DNA of 64,000 bases from an uncultured Candidatus Saccharibacteria bacterium (GCA_965231155.1 OZ246418.1:302850-366849); one strand, 5' to 3'; counted from the first letter of the stretch, positions 47,821-57,098 are shown. The notes: generated from the letters alone by a model not told the origin. Translations and numbers: made by a program.

Positions 47821-48255
47821 TTAACGGGGGAGTATGGAAACGGTAACTGGTTTGTTACCGTTCTTACTCCCGTCGTTCCGAAACCGAATCGCCGTAATCC
47901 GGCTTTTCGGTCTTGTGACTTTTTCCGGTTCGTAGAGAACCGCTGAGCTGTCGGGTGGCTCGCTTTCGTAGTATCTCACGACCCCTACTGGCAGGTCGTG
48001 GTCGATCCAGAATCGACCTGGGGGCATGAGGACCTTCCCGGTCTCGCACTCTCCAAGGACCGGAATGATGATTTTCCCGCCTCCGGCAGCCTGGATCTCT
48101 CGGACGTAGTCCCACTCTTTGCCGCAGCGAAGAGTGATGACTAGCTGTTGTTTCGGTGGCGGTGCCTCCTCTTTGTGGAGCAGGAGGATGGCCACCACGA
48201 TGGCGATTGTAATGACGACCGGAATGGCCGCCAGCTTCTTTTGCTGAGCAGTCAT
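47821..48255 (-). CDS. Membrane-anchored hypothetical protein coupled to the SPFH gene
   Basis: N-terminal TM; TAATG overlap and a GGAG SD. Confidence 0.7.
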   Translation of the reverse strand: MTAQQKKLAAIPVVITIAIVVAILLLHKEEAPPPKQQLVITLRCGKEWDYVREIQAAGGGKIIIPVLGECETGKVLMPPGRFWIDHDLPVGVVRYYESEPPDSSAVLYEPEKVTRPKSRITAIRFRNDGSKNGNKPVTVSILPR

Positions 48256-49268
48256 TATCTCCTCTCTCCTCTCATGAGGATCTCCTCAAGACTTCTCGCC
48301 CCGATAGCCTTCTCGAGCACCAGAGCGAATCCACCGATCGCCTGGACTAGCCCAGGAATCGTGAATCCCTTGCCTTCGCGAGTGGCCTTCCATTCCATCA
48401 CGATTCGAAGAGCTTCCGGGAGTGAAATATCCTGTCCAAGATTCTGAGCGACCTGGACGATCTGTTGGGCCTTGAGTAGATCAGTCTCTTGCTCGTAGGC
48501 CTCACCTCGCCGTTCCTCTTCCTCGACGGCGTGTCTCTCCGCGGCCTTAGCGAGGTCTCCTTCTGGAGCGATCTCGCCGATGTTGAGCCGTTTGATGATG
48601 ATGCCGAGCGATTCTTTGCAGAGTCGCCCGTTACCATTCATCGCCTCGACCATTTGTTCGTCGGTTATGTCTCCGACGATGGCCCGCAAGATTTGCTTGA
48701 TACCTTCTGTTTTTGTGGACGTCATGGTTTCCCATGTCATCCCTTCACCGAAGGCCCAGGTCCGGAGTTGCTGGCGAACGACGTCGGCGAGGATGTTGCT
48801 CACGCCAACCTCACCACCATTATCGAGATAGGTGATGGTGTTGCCTGGATCAGGAACCCAGGTCAACGACGTCGGCACCTTGACCTCGGCTCCGTCTCTC
48901 ACTCGGACCTTTTCGTCAGGAAGATCCTGGTTGACGGCCTGAACTTTGATGGGGATGAAGTCAAAAAAGAACGCTGGGAAGAATCGGAGTCCTTCCTTTT
49001 TTGTTCTCTTCAACCTTCTTCCCAGAAAGGTCACCTGTCCGACATGGGGCGGATTCGCCTCGATGGTTTTGAGGCTTAGGATGGCGTAGAACGCTGGGAG
49101 GTTGATTCCCAGCACAACGAAAAGAATTCTTGCCAAGAGAAGACTTCCGGTTGCCCAGAACATTCCTCCGGCAATTACACCACTGATGGTCACACAGGTG
49201 ACCAACAGGAAGAAGAAGATTAAGAACTCTCCTCCGTTCAGGGTTTCATCTTCCCTCCACCATTTCAT
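48255..49268 (-). CDS. SPFH/Band-7 domain membrane protein
   Basis: Two N-terminal TMs, GQVTFLG...KEGLRF, LGIIIKRLNIGEI, AERHAVEEEERRGE coiled coil; start placed after SD AAGGAG. Confidence 0.75.
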   Translation of the reverse strand: MKWWREDETLNGGEFLIFFFLLVTCVTISGVIAGGMFWATGSLLLARILFVVLGINLPAFYAILSLKTIEANPPHVGQVTFLGRRLKRTKKEGLRFFPAFFFDFIPIKVQAVNQDLPDEKVRVRDGAEVKVPTSLTWVPDPGNTITYLDNGGEVGVSNILADVVRQQLRTWAFGEGMTWETMTSTKTEGIKQILRAIVGDITDEQMVEAMNGNGRLCKESLGIIIKRLNIGEIAPEGDLAKAAERHAVEEEERRGEAYEQETDLLKAQQIVQVAQNLGQDISLPEALRIVMEWKATREGKGFTIPGLVQAIGGFALVLEKAIGARSLEEILMRGERR

Positions 49269-49497
49269 GGCATGTCTCCTTCCGCGCTTTATGCGCATTG
49301 TTTTCAGTTGTCGAAATGTCCCACTGGGACGAACCGCAGGGACCATCCCTTTGGAACATTTACTGTTTATTATTATAACACTGATAAATAGATTAGTCAA
49401 ACACAGCATTTTCATTCTTTTCTTCTCGGAAAAGCGAGTTTTTTAGGTAAATAAAAACCCCGATAAAACTAGGTTTTATGGGGTTGATTGGGTTTGC

Positions 49498-49532
49498 CTA
49501 GGGTGTCGATCACTTTCGTGACGACACCCTAG
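49498..49532. terminator. Hairpin downstream of ORF 49550..50065
   Basis: CTAGGGTGTCG...CGACACCCTAG. Confidence 0.55.
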
Positions 49533-49549
49533 GGCTTGGCCGAGGCGAG

Positions 49550-50065
49550 CTACTGGAGCTCGGCCTCGGTGAAGTTGAAGGACTTGGCCTCGGTAACGAC
49601 TTTCGCCACCTCTCCCTTCACGGGAGACTTCTTCGCGGCCGCGTAGCGGTCGCGAAGATCGGCGAGGATGACCTGGCGGAAGCTGTCGAGGTCGCTGGCG
49701 CCGGGGATGTTCTCAACATCCTTCTTCCCGGCTTCCAGAATCCGCACGATGCGATCCACGATCGCGCGGGTCGAGCCGAACGAGATCGTCGTCGACCCAT
49801 TGACGCAGACCTCGGCGCGGTCGTCACCCCTGCTTTCCAGCAGGATGACCAGATCGCCGACGATAGCCTTACCATCGGTTTCTTCCGGGGGGGTCGACTC
49901 CCACGGCGTTTTCGCCGTCCAGCCGCGGAGCGCCTTGCAGAGCTCCGAAACGGGTGCGACCGTCTTGCCGTTGATGCCGTCCCGCAACGCTTTGTCAGCG
50001 TGCGCGGTGGCAGCGGTCAGAGTGATAGCCAAACCAATGGCCAGGGTTGTGACGAGCTTCGTCAT
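49550..50065 (-). CDS. Secreted hypothetical protein, GC-rich
   Basis: Signal peptide ending TAHA-D; SD AAGGAG; visibly more GC-rich than the core genes. Confidence 0.7.
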   Translation of the reverse strand: MTKLVTTLAIGLAITLTAATAHADKALRDGINGKTVAPVSELCKALRGWTAKTPWESTPPEETDGKAIVGDLVILLESRGDDRAEVCVNGSTTISFGSTRAIVDRIVRILEAGKKDVENIPGASDLDSFRQVILADLRDRYAAAKKSPVKGEVAKVVTEAKSFNFTEAELQ

Positions 50066-50259
50066 GGTAGTCTCCTTCTTCTTTCCCCTTATCAGTTGCT
50101 CCCCTTGCGGTGGAGTGCCTCGGGTTTGATTACTTCACAGCTGAAAATATATTAACCCATATATCACTATTTGTCAATAGCAAGGGATAAACCCTTCATT
50201 TTTTTCTAGGGAAAAGGGGATTGCCGGGGTCGTAAAAATAAGGCAAAATCTAGGTTATT

Positions 50260-50341
50260 GGGCAGGTGGCGAAATTGGCAGACGCACTGGCTTTAGGAGC
50301 CAGCGCCGCAAGGCATGAGGGTTCAAGTCCCTCCCTGCCCA
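50260..50341 (+). tRNA. tRNA-Leu(TAG)
   Basis: GGGCAGG...CTGGC-TT-TAG-GA-GCCAG, long variable arm, GGTTCAAGTCC. Confidence 0.95.
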
Positions 50342-50351
50342 CACAAACTAT

Positions 50352-51413
50352 ATGAAAAAAATCATTCATCCCTGGCAGACTATCGTGTGGGTGTGTTGCA
50401 TCGGAACGGCGGCGCTGACTTCGATTCTGGCCATCGTTGGTCCCGTGGCCGATGAGTCTGATTTCTTCTCTTACTATATGAGACTGGCCGTTGGGCCACT
50501 TCTTGATGCCCTCGTGATGTTCTTTAATTTTTTCCTTGTGGCATCTTTGGTCTATGGGGCTTTTTATTTCTTCTATTCAGCTTTTTATATCAAGCGCGAT
50601 CCTTTTCAGTTTTTTTCGCGGAGGTTTTTAACTGATACCTTTTGGGCTGGCCTTCGGGAGTTATGGGCGATTATCACTCTCGTTTTGCCAATAGTCGCCA
50701 CCCTGCTTTTTGTGAGTATGAGTATGTCGTATATCAACCCAGTGAATGCTACTCGATTGATAGATATTGAGGTGTTGCGTTGGGATTCGTTCCTGTTTGG
50801 AAGCTATCCCTTTATCCAGTGGCAGGGGTTGGCCTACCCAGATCTATTTATTCAGGCGGTGAACTTTTCTTTTATGTACCTTCCGCTCTTTCTGATTGGT
50901 TTTTCTTTTTATGTGTTCTTTTGGCAACGGAAGGTTTTTGGGGAGATGGCCGCAGTGTTTTGTCTAAATCTCGTTTTGATGATTTTTTTCTGGCAGATAT
51001 TTCCGGTGATGAGTCCACACGATCGTTTCATTGATAATGTGTACGAACTGCCTGTCCCTTCAGCCATCGAAGAGCAATTGGCTTCAAATTATCATCCGCA
51101 TCCACTCATCCAGCAGTTCTTAGATCAGATGAGGGATAATAAAAATAGGAGTTTGAATGGTACGATGCCGACTTCAACCTTGCCGAGTGCTCACGTGGCT
51201 TGGGCAACCCTGTTAGTCTATTACGCCTATCGGACACGGAAGTGGTCGCTGGTTCTTTTCCTGCCGGTGGCAATATTTTCTAGCATTGGTACGTTTCTTT
51301 TTGCCCAGCATTATGTGGTGGACGTGCCAGCCGGAGTGGCAGTGCTTGCCCTGTCGGTTTTCTTGGTTCGACTCGCGGACAGAGCCTCACTTCCTCAAAC
51401 AAGATTTATCTAG
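50352..51413 (+). CDS. PAP2-superfamily membrane protein (PAP2_3 / AUR1-like phosphotransferase)
   Basis: FPVMSP, TLPSAHVAWA, HYVVDV; multiple TMs. Confidence 0.8.
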   Translation: MKKIIHPWQTIVWVCCIGTAALTSILAIVGPVADESDFFSYYMRLAVGPLLDALVMFFNFFLVASLVYGAFYFFYSAFYIKRDPFQFFSRRFLTDTFWAGLRELWAIITLVLPIVATLLFVSMSMSYINPVNATRLIDIEVLRWDSFLFGSYPFIQWQGLAYPDLFIQAVNFSFMYLPLFLIGFSFYVFFWQRKVFGEMAAVFCLNLVLMIFFWQIFPVMSPHDRFIDNVYELPVPSAIEEQLASNYHPHPLIQQFLDQMRDNKNRSLNGTMPTSTLPSAHVAWATLLVYYAYRTRKWSLVLFLPVAIFSSIGTFLFAQHYVVDVPAGVAVLALSVFLVRLADRASLPQTRFI

Positions 51414-52297
51414 TCGAGAGAGAGGGCAGGGGAGTAGTCGCCAATCTTTTCGAAATGAAAATTATCCAGAGTAGGAGCGATTTTTTCCATCAATTTTTGA
51501 GCTTCTGCTAGTTCATTTTCTAAATCAGCCAGATTGCCAATTTGGCCACTGATAAAGACGAGAAGCTCTTGGTTAACGATTTCAATATCGTATTTTAGGT
51601 TGTGGTCGAGAAGATAGGCTAGGAGGTCTGGACTGAAAATTTGGTGTGCTTCGATTTCGTATTTTCTCGGCGCGTACAGTGCAAACTTCTTTTCGAACTC
51701 TTCGGGAAGGGAGATTTTTTCGCCAATACTTCGGTTAAACCAATCCTTCTTATAATCAAGGTAGAAGTGAGGGAAGCGCCCGTTAAAGGTAAAACCAAAA
51801 ACGGTATATAGGTGGGTTTGTTTGTGTTTTCCAGAACCAGTGGTGAATGTGTAGCTAAAAATTCTCAAAGGATGATTTCCTATTGTACCAGAGAGAAAAT
51901 GGGTGATAGATTCGCTATGTCCTTGATCGAACATAAACGCTTTTTCTTTACTGTAGTCGGCGGCAGGCGTGTATGACAAATCATGTTTTTTGGCGAATTG
52001 TTGCCAGAAGATAGTTTCTATCATACTTCGTGCAATACCATAGAGAAGAAGTAGGACTATAAAAGGGAGGGCGATGATAATGCCAGGCCAAGCCCCGTCA
52101 GTATTTTCCAGAGGGAGAATGACGAAGAAGGTAAGACTGGCCCAGACAAGTAATCCAAGACAGACAAGAGCCCAGTATTTTTTAAGAATGCTTAAAAGAA
52201 GGACTTGGGCGCTTTTTGATACATCTGAAACAGGAAGGTCGTAGGAAAATCCTGAGGTGGCTTGAGTTGGCTCGGTTTCGACTGCTTCGTCTATCAT
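51410..52297 (-). CDS. Two-TM hypothetical membrane protein with a soluble C-domain
   Basis: Two TMs, then WQQFAKKH...YTFTTGSGKH...FEKKFALY...IFSPDLL. Confidence 0.7.
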   Translation of the reverse strand: MIDEAVETEPTQATSGFSYDLPVSDVSKSAQVLLLSILKKYWALVCLGLLVWASLTFFVILPLENTDGAWPGIIIALPFIVLLLLYGIARSMIETIFWQQFAKKHDLSYTPAADYSKEKAFMFDQGHSESITHFLSGTIGNHPLRIFSYTFTTGSGKHKQTHLYTVFGFTFNGRFPHFYLDYKKDWFNRSIGEKISLPEEFEKKFALYAPRKYEIEAHQIFSPDLLAYLLDHNLKYDIEIVNQELLVFISGQIGNLADLENELAEAQKLMEKIAPTLDNFHFEKIGDYSPALSLD

Positions 52298-52301
52298 TCT
52301 G

Positions 52302-52373
52302 TGCCGCGGGAGGGAATTGAACCCCCGACGCCAGCCTCTTCAGGGCTGCGCTCTACCACTGAGCTACCGCGGC
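52302..52373 (-). tRNA. tRNA-Phe(GAA)
   Basis: GCCGCGG TAGCTCAGTGGTAGAGC...CT-GAA-GA...GGTTCAATTCC. Confidence 0.95.
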
Positions 52374-52498
52374 GATACTACATAATGTAGCCGAATTCTT
52401 CTGAATATTCAATGTAGTGCCCTCGGTAGGAAGGCTCCGCTATTCCTACCTTAGCTCCTTAATCAAAAATAAGCCTCACGGCTTATTTTTGCTCTCGG

Positions 52499-52570
52499 TG
52501 CCCTCGGTAGGAATCGAACCTACATTAAGGGATTAGAAGTCCCTCGTTCTATCCATTGAACTACGGGGGC
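52499..52570 (-). tRNA. tRNA-Arg(TCT)
   Basis: GCCCCCG...AGGGA-CT-TCT-AA-TCCCT...GGTTCGATTCC. Confidence 0.94.
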
Positions 52571-52646
52571 GTTGTTTTCGCCTCGCTCCCATTGTATGCT
52601 GGCCCCAGCGGTTATTCAACTGAATTCAAGAGAAAGGAGGCGGCAT

Positions 52647-53273
52647 ATGCTCGCCACTCATTTCGCGAAGTGTGAGGGTATTTTTTGCCGATGCGAAGTT
52701 CGGCGGTATGGCCTGGCGCTGTTCGTTGCTTCTCTAACGTTCTTGGTTGAGTTGGTTGGAAGCTACATCACTAATAGCGTCAGTCTACTTTCGGACGCCG
52801 TTCATCTCTTCACCGACTGTGTTGATCTGATGATCGGCCTATGGGTCAGCACCCTGGTCTGGTATCGCAGTCTTCACGAGAAGACCACCCGAGCCGAGGG
52901 AGGAATACTCAGTTCTTGTTTGCTCTTCGGCTTGGTCGGGTTCATTCTGTGGGAGAGTATTCCTCGACTTTTTCATCCCGAAGAGGTGTCTTCGATACCA
53001 ATGCTCATCATCGCAACAGCTGGTCTCTTGGGCAACGTCATCCAGCTGAAGATCATTGAAGCAGGGGAGGACAATCATCGGACACAAAAGTCGTTGATCC
53101 TTCACTTTGCGAGTGACGTGTTGATCTCGGTCGCCGTAATTCTTGGTGGACTTGCCACCTATTTCCTTGGGTGGCTTGTCGTCGATCCGATCATCTCGAT
53201 AGCTGTCGCCGTCTTCATCGGCTGGAAGAGCGCACAGCTCTTTCGTGACTCTTGGAGAGAGCTTTTTCCCTAA
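52647..53273 (+). CDS. Cation diffusion facilitator (CzcD/ZitB-like), TM domain only
   Basis: SLLSDAVHLFTD, LHFASD, VDPIIS; SD AAAGGAGG. Confidence 0.85.
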   Translation: MLATHFAKCEGIFCRCEVRRYGLALFVASLTFLVELVGSYITNSVSLLSDAVHLFTDCVDLMIGLWVSTLVWYRSLHEKTTRAEGGILSSCLLFGLVGFILWESIPRLFHPEEVSSIPMLIIATAGLLGNVIQLKIIEAGEDNHRTQKSLILHFASDVLISVAVILGGLATYFLGWLVVDPIISIAVAVFIGWKSAQLFRDSWRELFP

Positions 53274-53319
53274 CCCTTCCCATTCGAAGGGTTTTTTAAT
53301 AAGATGAAACGAGCTTAAT

Positions 53320-53390
53320 CGGGCTGTAGTATACCGGTAGTACGCCTGCTTTGGGAGCAGGTAGACAGGGTTCAATTCCCTGCAGCCCGA
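53320..53390 (+). tRNA. tRNA-Pro(TGG)
   Basis: CGGGCTG...CCTGC-TT-TGG-GA-GCAGG...GGTTCAATTCC...CAGCCCG-A. Confidence 0.93.
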
Positions 53391-53405
53391 CAGATAGTGA
53401 TACAA

Positions 53406-53480
53406 GCGCCCTTAGCTCAGTGGTAGAGCGACTCGTTTACACCGAGTAGGCCGTGGGTTCAATCCCTACAGGGCGCACCA
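53406..53480 (+). tRNA. tRNA-Val(TAC)
   Basis: GCGCCCT...ACTCG-TT-TAC-AC-CGAGT...AGGGCGC-ACCA. Confidence 0.95.
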
Positions 53481-53482
53481 TT

Positions 53483-54874
53483 ATGAAGTCTTTGTTTTCA
53501 GGGACCGCTTCTCGAATCTTTTCCTCCAGAGGGACATTCTTCTTTTTTCTAGTTGGTGCACTATTCTCCTTTTTTCTTTGGCAACAAAATATATCTTCAT
53601 CATTCTTTTATGATGAAGCAGTATATGTGAATCTCGCCGAGCATCCTTTCCGTAGTGATTATTACGCAGACAAGATCTTCTTTCGCCATCCACCCCTTTA
53701 TTATCTAATTCTTTCGGCAGTAGGTATTTTTTCTGGTTTCGGTGAGGTAGTAATGAGATTTCCTTCGTTGGTATTCTCTTTCTTCTCAATGGTCATACTT
53801 TATTTTTTGGGCAGGAGATTGCACTCTCCTGCTTTTGGTGTAGTGGTTAGCTCACTTCTTCTCCTTAGCACCCTCCAACAACAGTATGCCCAGGCAGCGA
53901 CTATGTATGCGCTTACGACGCTTTTGGTCACGATCTGTATCTATGGGCTTGTTGCCCGTCGCTATGCAGTAATGTGGGGAGCTTTTTTTGGAGCCCTTTT
54001 TTCTCATTTCTTTGCCTTTCTTCTCCTCGTTCCTATTATTATGGAGAATCGTTTTTTGAGTCACCTTAAAGAGAAGGCTTCATTCAAGATAAAAGTCATC
54101 TTTGGCATAAGCTTGTTTTTCCTTTTGCCGATTCTTCTGCCCGGTGCTTCATTCCATCTCTCTCGTGTCAGTTTTGATTACTGGTGGTTCCAACTTCTCA
54201 ATCTTTATTTTTCCCTTTCTCCAGTGCTTCTGGCTGGCTTTCTTTTTTATAGTTCTAGAAACAACAAGAACGAGCAAACTACCCCACTTATTTTTCTGTG
54301 TGTTTCATTCTTAATTTTCTCAGTTATCTTGCCTCCTTTTGTTCGTTATCTTGCCATCTTTTATCCGATCTTTCTTGCGCTCGGTACGTTGGGGGTTTGG
54401 AAGTTGATTCAGGAGGTTTTTTCCAGGGGAGATACTGGCCAGAAAATGATTTTTGGTATTCTTTTTGTTGCAACCTGCGTGCTTACATTTCCTGCGGGCA
54501 GTTTCGGAATCTATCCATTACAACACTCACCCATGATGGACATTGGAGATACTATTCACACGGAGAGCTGGCGGGAGATTGTTGCTGTTATGGCCAGTTC
54601 CGGTGGGGGGAGTGTGATGACCTCCCGTGTCGTGCCTTTTAAATATTATGCCGATAAGAGTGGCTTGCAGTATGTAGTAAGCGCTGAAGCAAAAGATTGG
54701 AACGAAACAGTATTTCGGGATCGGGTGTCTCGGGGCCTGGATAACTGGATAATTCTCCAATCCCTTTTTATTCCACAACGTTTCTATGATTTTCTCGAAG
54801 GGAGCTCACTGTATGAGCGTTATGCCGATTTTCCTTACTCGACTCTTTATCGAAAAAAGAACCTCGCTCAATAG
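53483..54874 (+). CDS. GT-C fold membrane glycosyltransferase (ArnT/PMT-like)
   Basis: YDEAVY, HPPLYY, MRFPSL, ATMYAL, RYLAIFYP; many TMs. Confidence 0.85.
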   Translation: MKSLFSGTASRIFSSRGTFFFFLVGALFSFFLWQQNISSSFFYDEAVYVNLAEHPFRSDYYADKIFFRHPPLYYLILSAVGIFSGFGEVVMRFPSLVFSFFSMVILYFLGRRLHSPAFGVVVSSLLLLSTLQQQYAQAATMYALTTLLVTICIYGLVARRYAVMWGAFFGALFSHFFAFLLLVPIIMENRFLSHLKEKASFKIKVIFGISLFFLLPILLPGASFHLSRVSFDYWWFQLLNLYFSLSPVLLAGFLFYSSRNNKNEQTTPLIFLCVSFLIFSVILPPFVRYLAIFYPIFLALGTLGVWKLIQEVFSRGDTGQKMIFGILFVATCVLTFPAGSFGIYPLQHSPMMDIGDTIHTESWREIVAVMASSGGGSVMTSRVVPFKYYADKSGLQYVVSAEAKDWNETVFRDRVSRGLDNWIILQSLFIPQRFYDFLEGSSLYERYADFPYSTLYRKKNLAQ

Positions 54875-54877
54875 TTT

Positions 54878-55789
54878 TTATTTTCTGCGTTTGCCGTGGA
54901 AGGCGCTATGAATTTCTTTGAGTTCTTTGTTGGTGAGATGGGTGTAGGTTTGAGTGGTGGTGATATTGGCGTGACCAAGTAAGGACTGTACTGAGCGCAG
55001 ATCAGCACCGTTGATTAAGAGGTCGGTGGCGAAAAGGTGGCGGAGTTGGTGAGGGTGGAGGCGTTTGGCGATACCGGCTTTGCGAGCCCAGAAGTCTACT
55101 AAGCGTTCGACGGCACGTGGCTGGATACGTCCAGTGATTTTTGGCTTTGCGCTTTTAGAAAAACTGACGAACATAGCATCTTCAGTATCGCCACGTAGTT
55201 TGAGATAGGTTTTGAGGGTGTTTCTGGCACCCTCGGATAAGAAGACGACACGAAGTTTGTTGCCCTTTCCACGGATAGTGAATTCGCCGCGATCGAGATC
55301 GATATCCCGGTTCAGGGAACAGAGTTCGGCTAGGCGGAGGCCGGTGGAGAAGAGGGTCTCTAGGATCGCTTTATCGCGGAGGGTTTTTATGTCGGTGGCT
55401 TGAGGAGCGGCGAGGAGTCGTTCGAGATCTTTGTATTCGATAATATCGATCTGTCGTTCGGGAATTTTGGGAAGTTCAATTTTTTCTGCGGCCAGGCTTT
55501 GAATATCTCTTTTGGCAAGATATTTCAGGAAGTTGCGAAGAGCGATCAGATAGTAGCTTTGGGTGATCTTCTTCATTTCGCCACCCTTCGGGGAGGTAGG
55601 GCGTCGTGCCAGGCCAATACGGAACTTGCGGACTATCTCTTCGGTAATCTGGTGCGGTGATTTCACGCCAGAAAACTTTATGAATTCTTTGAGATATCGT
55701 TCATAGTTCTCTCGGGTTTTTGGTGAGCGATTTTTTTCGATCTCTAAATAGTCGAGATATTCATTAAGGAGTTTCTGGACATCAGGCAT
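54878..55789 (-). CDS. xerC: XerC/XerD-family tyrosine recombinase
   Basis: YLEIEKNRSPKT, RDKAILETLFSTGLRLAEL, GKGNKLR, HPHQLRH, LLGHANITTTQTYTH; xerC versus xerD not resolved. Confidence 0.9.
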   Translation of the reverse strand: MPDVQKLLNEYLDYLEIEKNRSPKTRENYERYLKEFIKFSGVKSPHQITEEIVRKFRIGLARRPTSPKGGEMKKITQSYYLIALRNFLKYLAKRDIQSLAAEKIELPKIPERQIDIIEYKDLERLLAAPQATDIKTLRDKAILETLFSTGLRLAELCSLNRDIDLDRGEFTIRGKGNKLRVVFLSEGARNTLKTYLKLRGDTEDAMFVSFSKSAKPKITGRIQPRAVERLVDFWARKAGIAKRLHPHQLRHLFATDLLINGADLRSVQSLLGHANITTTQTYTHLTNKELKEIHSAFHGKRRK

Positions 55790-55915
55790 ACTGTTCATTC
55801 TAGCATTTTATTGTGCGACAGATGAGGTTTTCTCTGGAGATGTTTTTTCAAGTCCATCTTTAACTCTCAGTTTCTTTGTGTTTTAATCCAACCAGCTTTT
55901 TAGGAAGGGGAGCTT

Positions 55916-56617
55916 ATGAGCGAATTAGACCCTCTTGTGAGAAAGTTCCAAGTAGCCTTCGCTCGAAGAGCGAGGGGTTTAGGACGGAGGATTGCGAAAG
56001 ATCCCTCCATGGAAATTTCTGAAATCTGTAGGCTCGTTGACTGTTTACACGAGTTTATTGAGGGGATTAATAACATTTCAGCTCAGGATAACGTACTGCG
56101 GAATATCCTCATTGTGTCTTCGGTGAGAGCGCTTTGCGAACTGATTCCGGACACTGTGAGTGGTTTTTCAGTGGCGCTGGCCTTCTGCCGAAGAATCTCT
56201 TGCTACCGAGAGGATCAGGTTCTCGCAAAAGAATCTCGAGATGCACGGCTGACTCGACTGGGTCGGACAGCGTATATAAGGAGGTTGATTCGACGACGAA
56301 AATCTTCTTTGCAACTCGAACTTTTTGCCGAAGAGATTCCAGCTATTCCTTTGCCTCCAACGAAGACGGTGATGAGAAAGACCATTCTCGTTAGTGGCAT
56401 CAGGAATAGAGGAGCCACCCCTTTTCGGGCCATTGTTTTTTGGAAGGGCAACTTGAGTTCAAAAACTCACTATGCTGGTATTCCGGAGGTGACAACTCTT
56501 CTTGCCGCTAAGGTTGCCCGCGTGCTTACTCCTCTTTTGGGAGAACTTTCTGGAGAGACGCTTCGTCGTCCGACTACCAGAACTCGGCGGCGTCTTTCGG
56601 AGGAGTTGGCTGCTTAA
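55916..56617 (+). CDS. Arg-rich orphan hypothetical protein
   Basis: 233-aa ORF with SD-like AAGGGGAG and a downstream hairpin/U-tract; no recognisable motif. Confidence 0.55.
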   Translation: MSELDPLVRKFQVAFARRARGLGRRIAKDPSMEISEICRLVDCLHEFIEGINNISAQDNVLRNILIVSSVRALCELIPDTVSGFSVALAFCRRISCYREDQVLAKESRDARLTRLGRTAYIRRLIRRRKSSLQLELFAEEIPAIPLPPTKTVMRKTILVSGIRNRGATPFRAIVFWKGNLSSKTHYAGIPEVTTLLAAKVARVLTPLLGELSGETLRRPTTRTRRRLSEELAA

Positions 56618-56834
56618 GACTTTTCACTTTCGAAGGAGTATTGCACATGCAAGCTCCTTTTTTTATTCCTTTTTCAATTTTTTTCGTAAATAACGAGAAG
56701 ATTCTTCCTCAGAGAATCTCACGCAGTTTAGTGAGTCGAGTGAATTAGAGGTCTAGCACGATTTTAATGTCGCTTCCGGAAAGAAAACTCGTAGCTCTTG
56801 CCTTTTTGTCGGACTTAGTGTACTATGGACCGAT

Positions 56835-57098
56835 ATGTTGACTAAAAGAGTCAAAGCCAAAGTGGCCAAAGAGGTCGAACGTCACGATAAGGACACCGGT
56901 TCTGCCGAGGTCCAGGTGGCTGTTTTGAGTCGTCAGATTGAAGAGCTGACTGCTCATCTTAAGAAGCATCGCAAGGATAACCACTCCCGTCGCGGTCTTT
57001 TGAAGATGGTCAATCAGCGTCGCCGACTCATGGCGTACCTGAAGCGTCGCGAACCTAAAATCTACGAGAAGACTTCTAAGAAGTTTGGCATCAAGTAG
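56835..57098 (+). CDS. rpsO: 30S ribosomal protein S15
   Basis: HDKDTGSAEVQVA, HLKKHRKDNHSRRGLLKMV. Confidence 0.97.
   Translation: MLTKRVKAKVAKEVERHDKDTGSAEVQVAVLSRQIEELTAHLKKHRKDNHSRRGLLKMVNQRRRLMAYLKRREPKIYEKTSKKFGIK

Noticed and set aside
48489-50129. Plus-strand ORFs over the SPFH islet
   Set aside because: Shadow ORFs of GC-rich minus-strand genes.
53453-53482. GT-C start at GTG 53453
   Set aside because: Lies inside tRNA-Val; ATG 53483 is used instead.
54878-55798. Tyrosine recombinase as a prophage or island integrase near tRNAs
   Set aside because: Size and motifs fit housekeeping XerC/D; no phage genes or flanking att pair enclose it.
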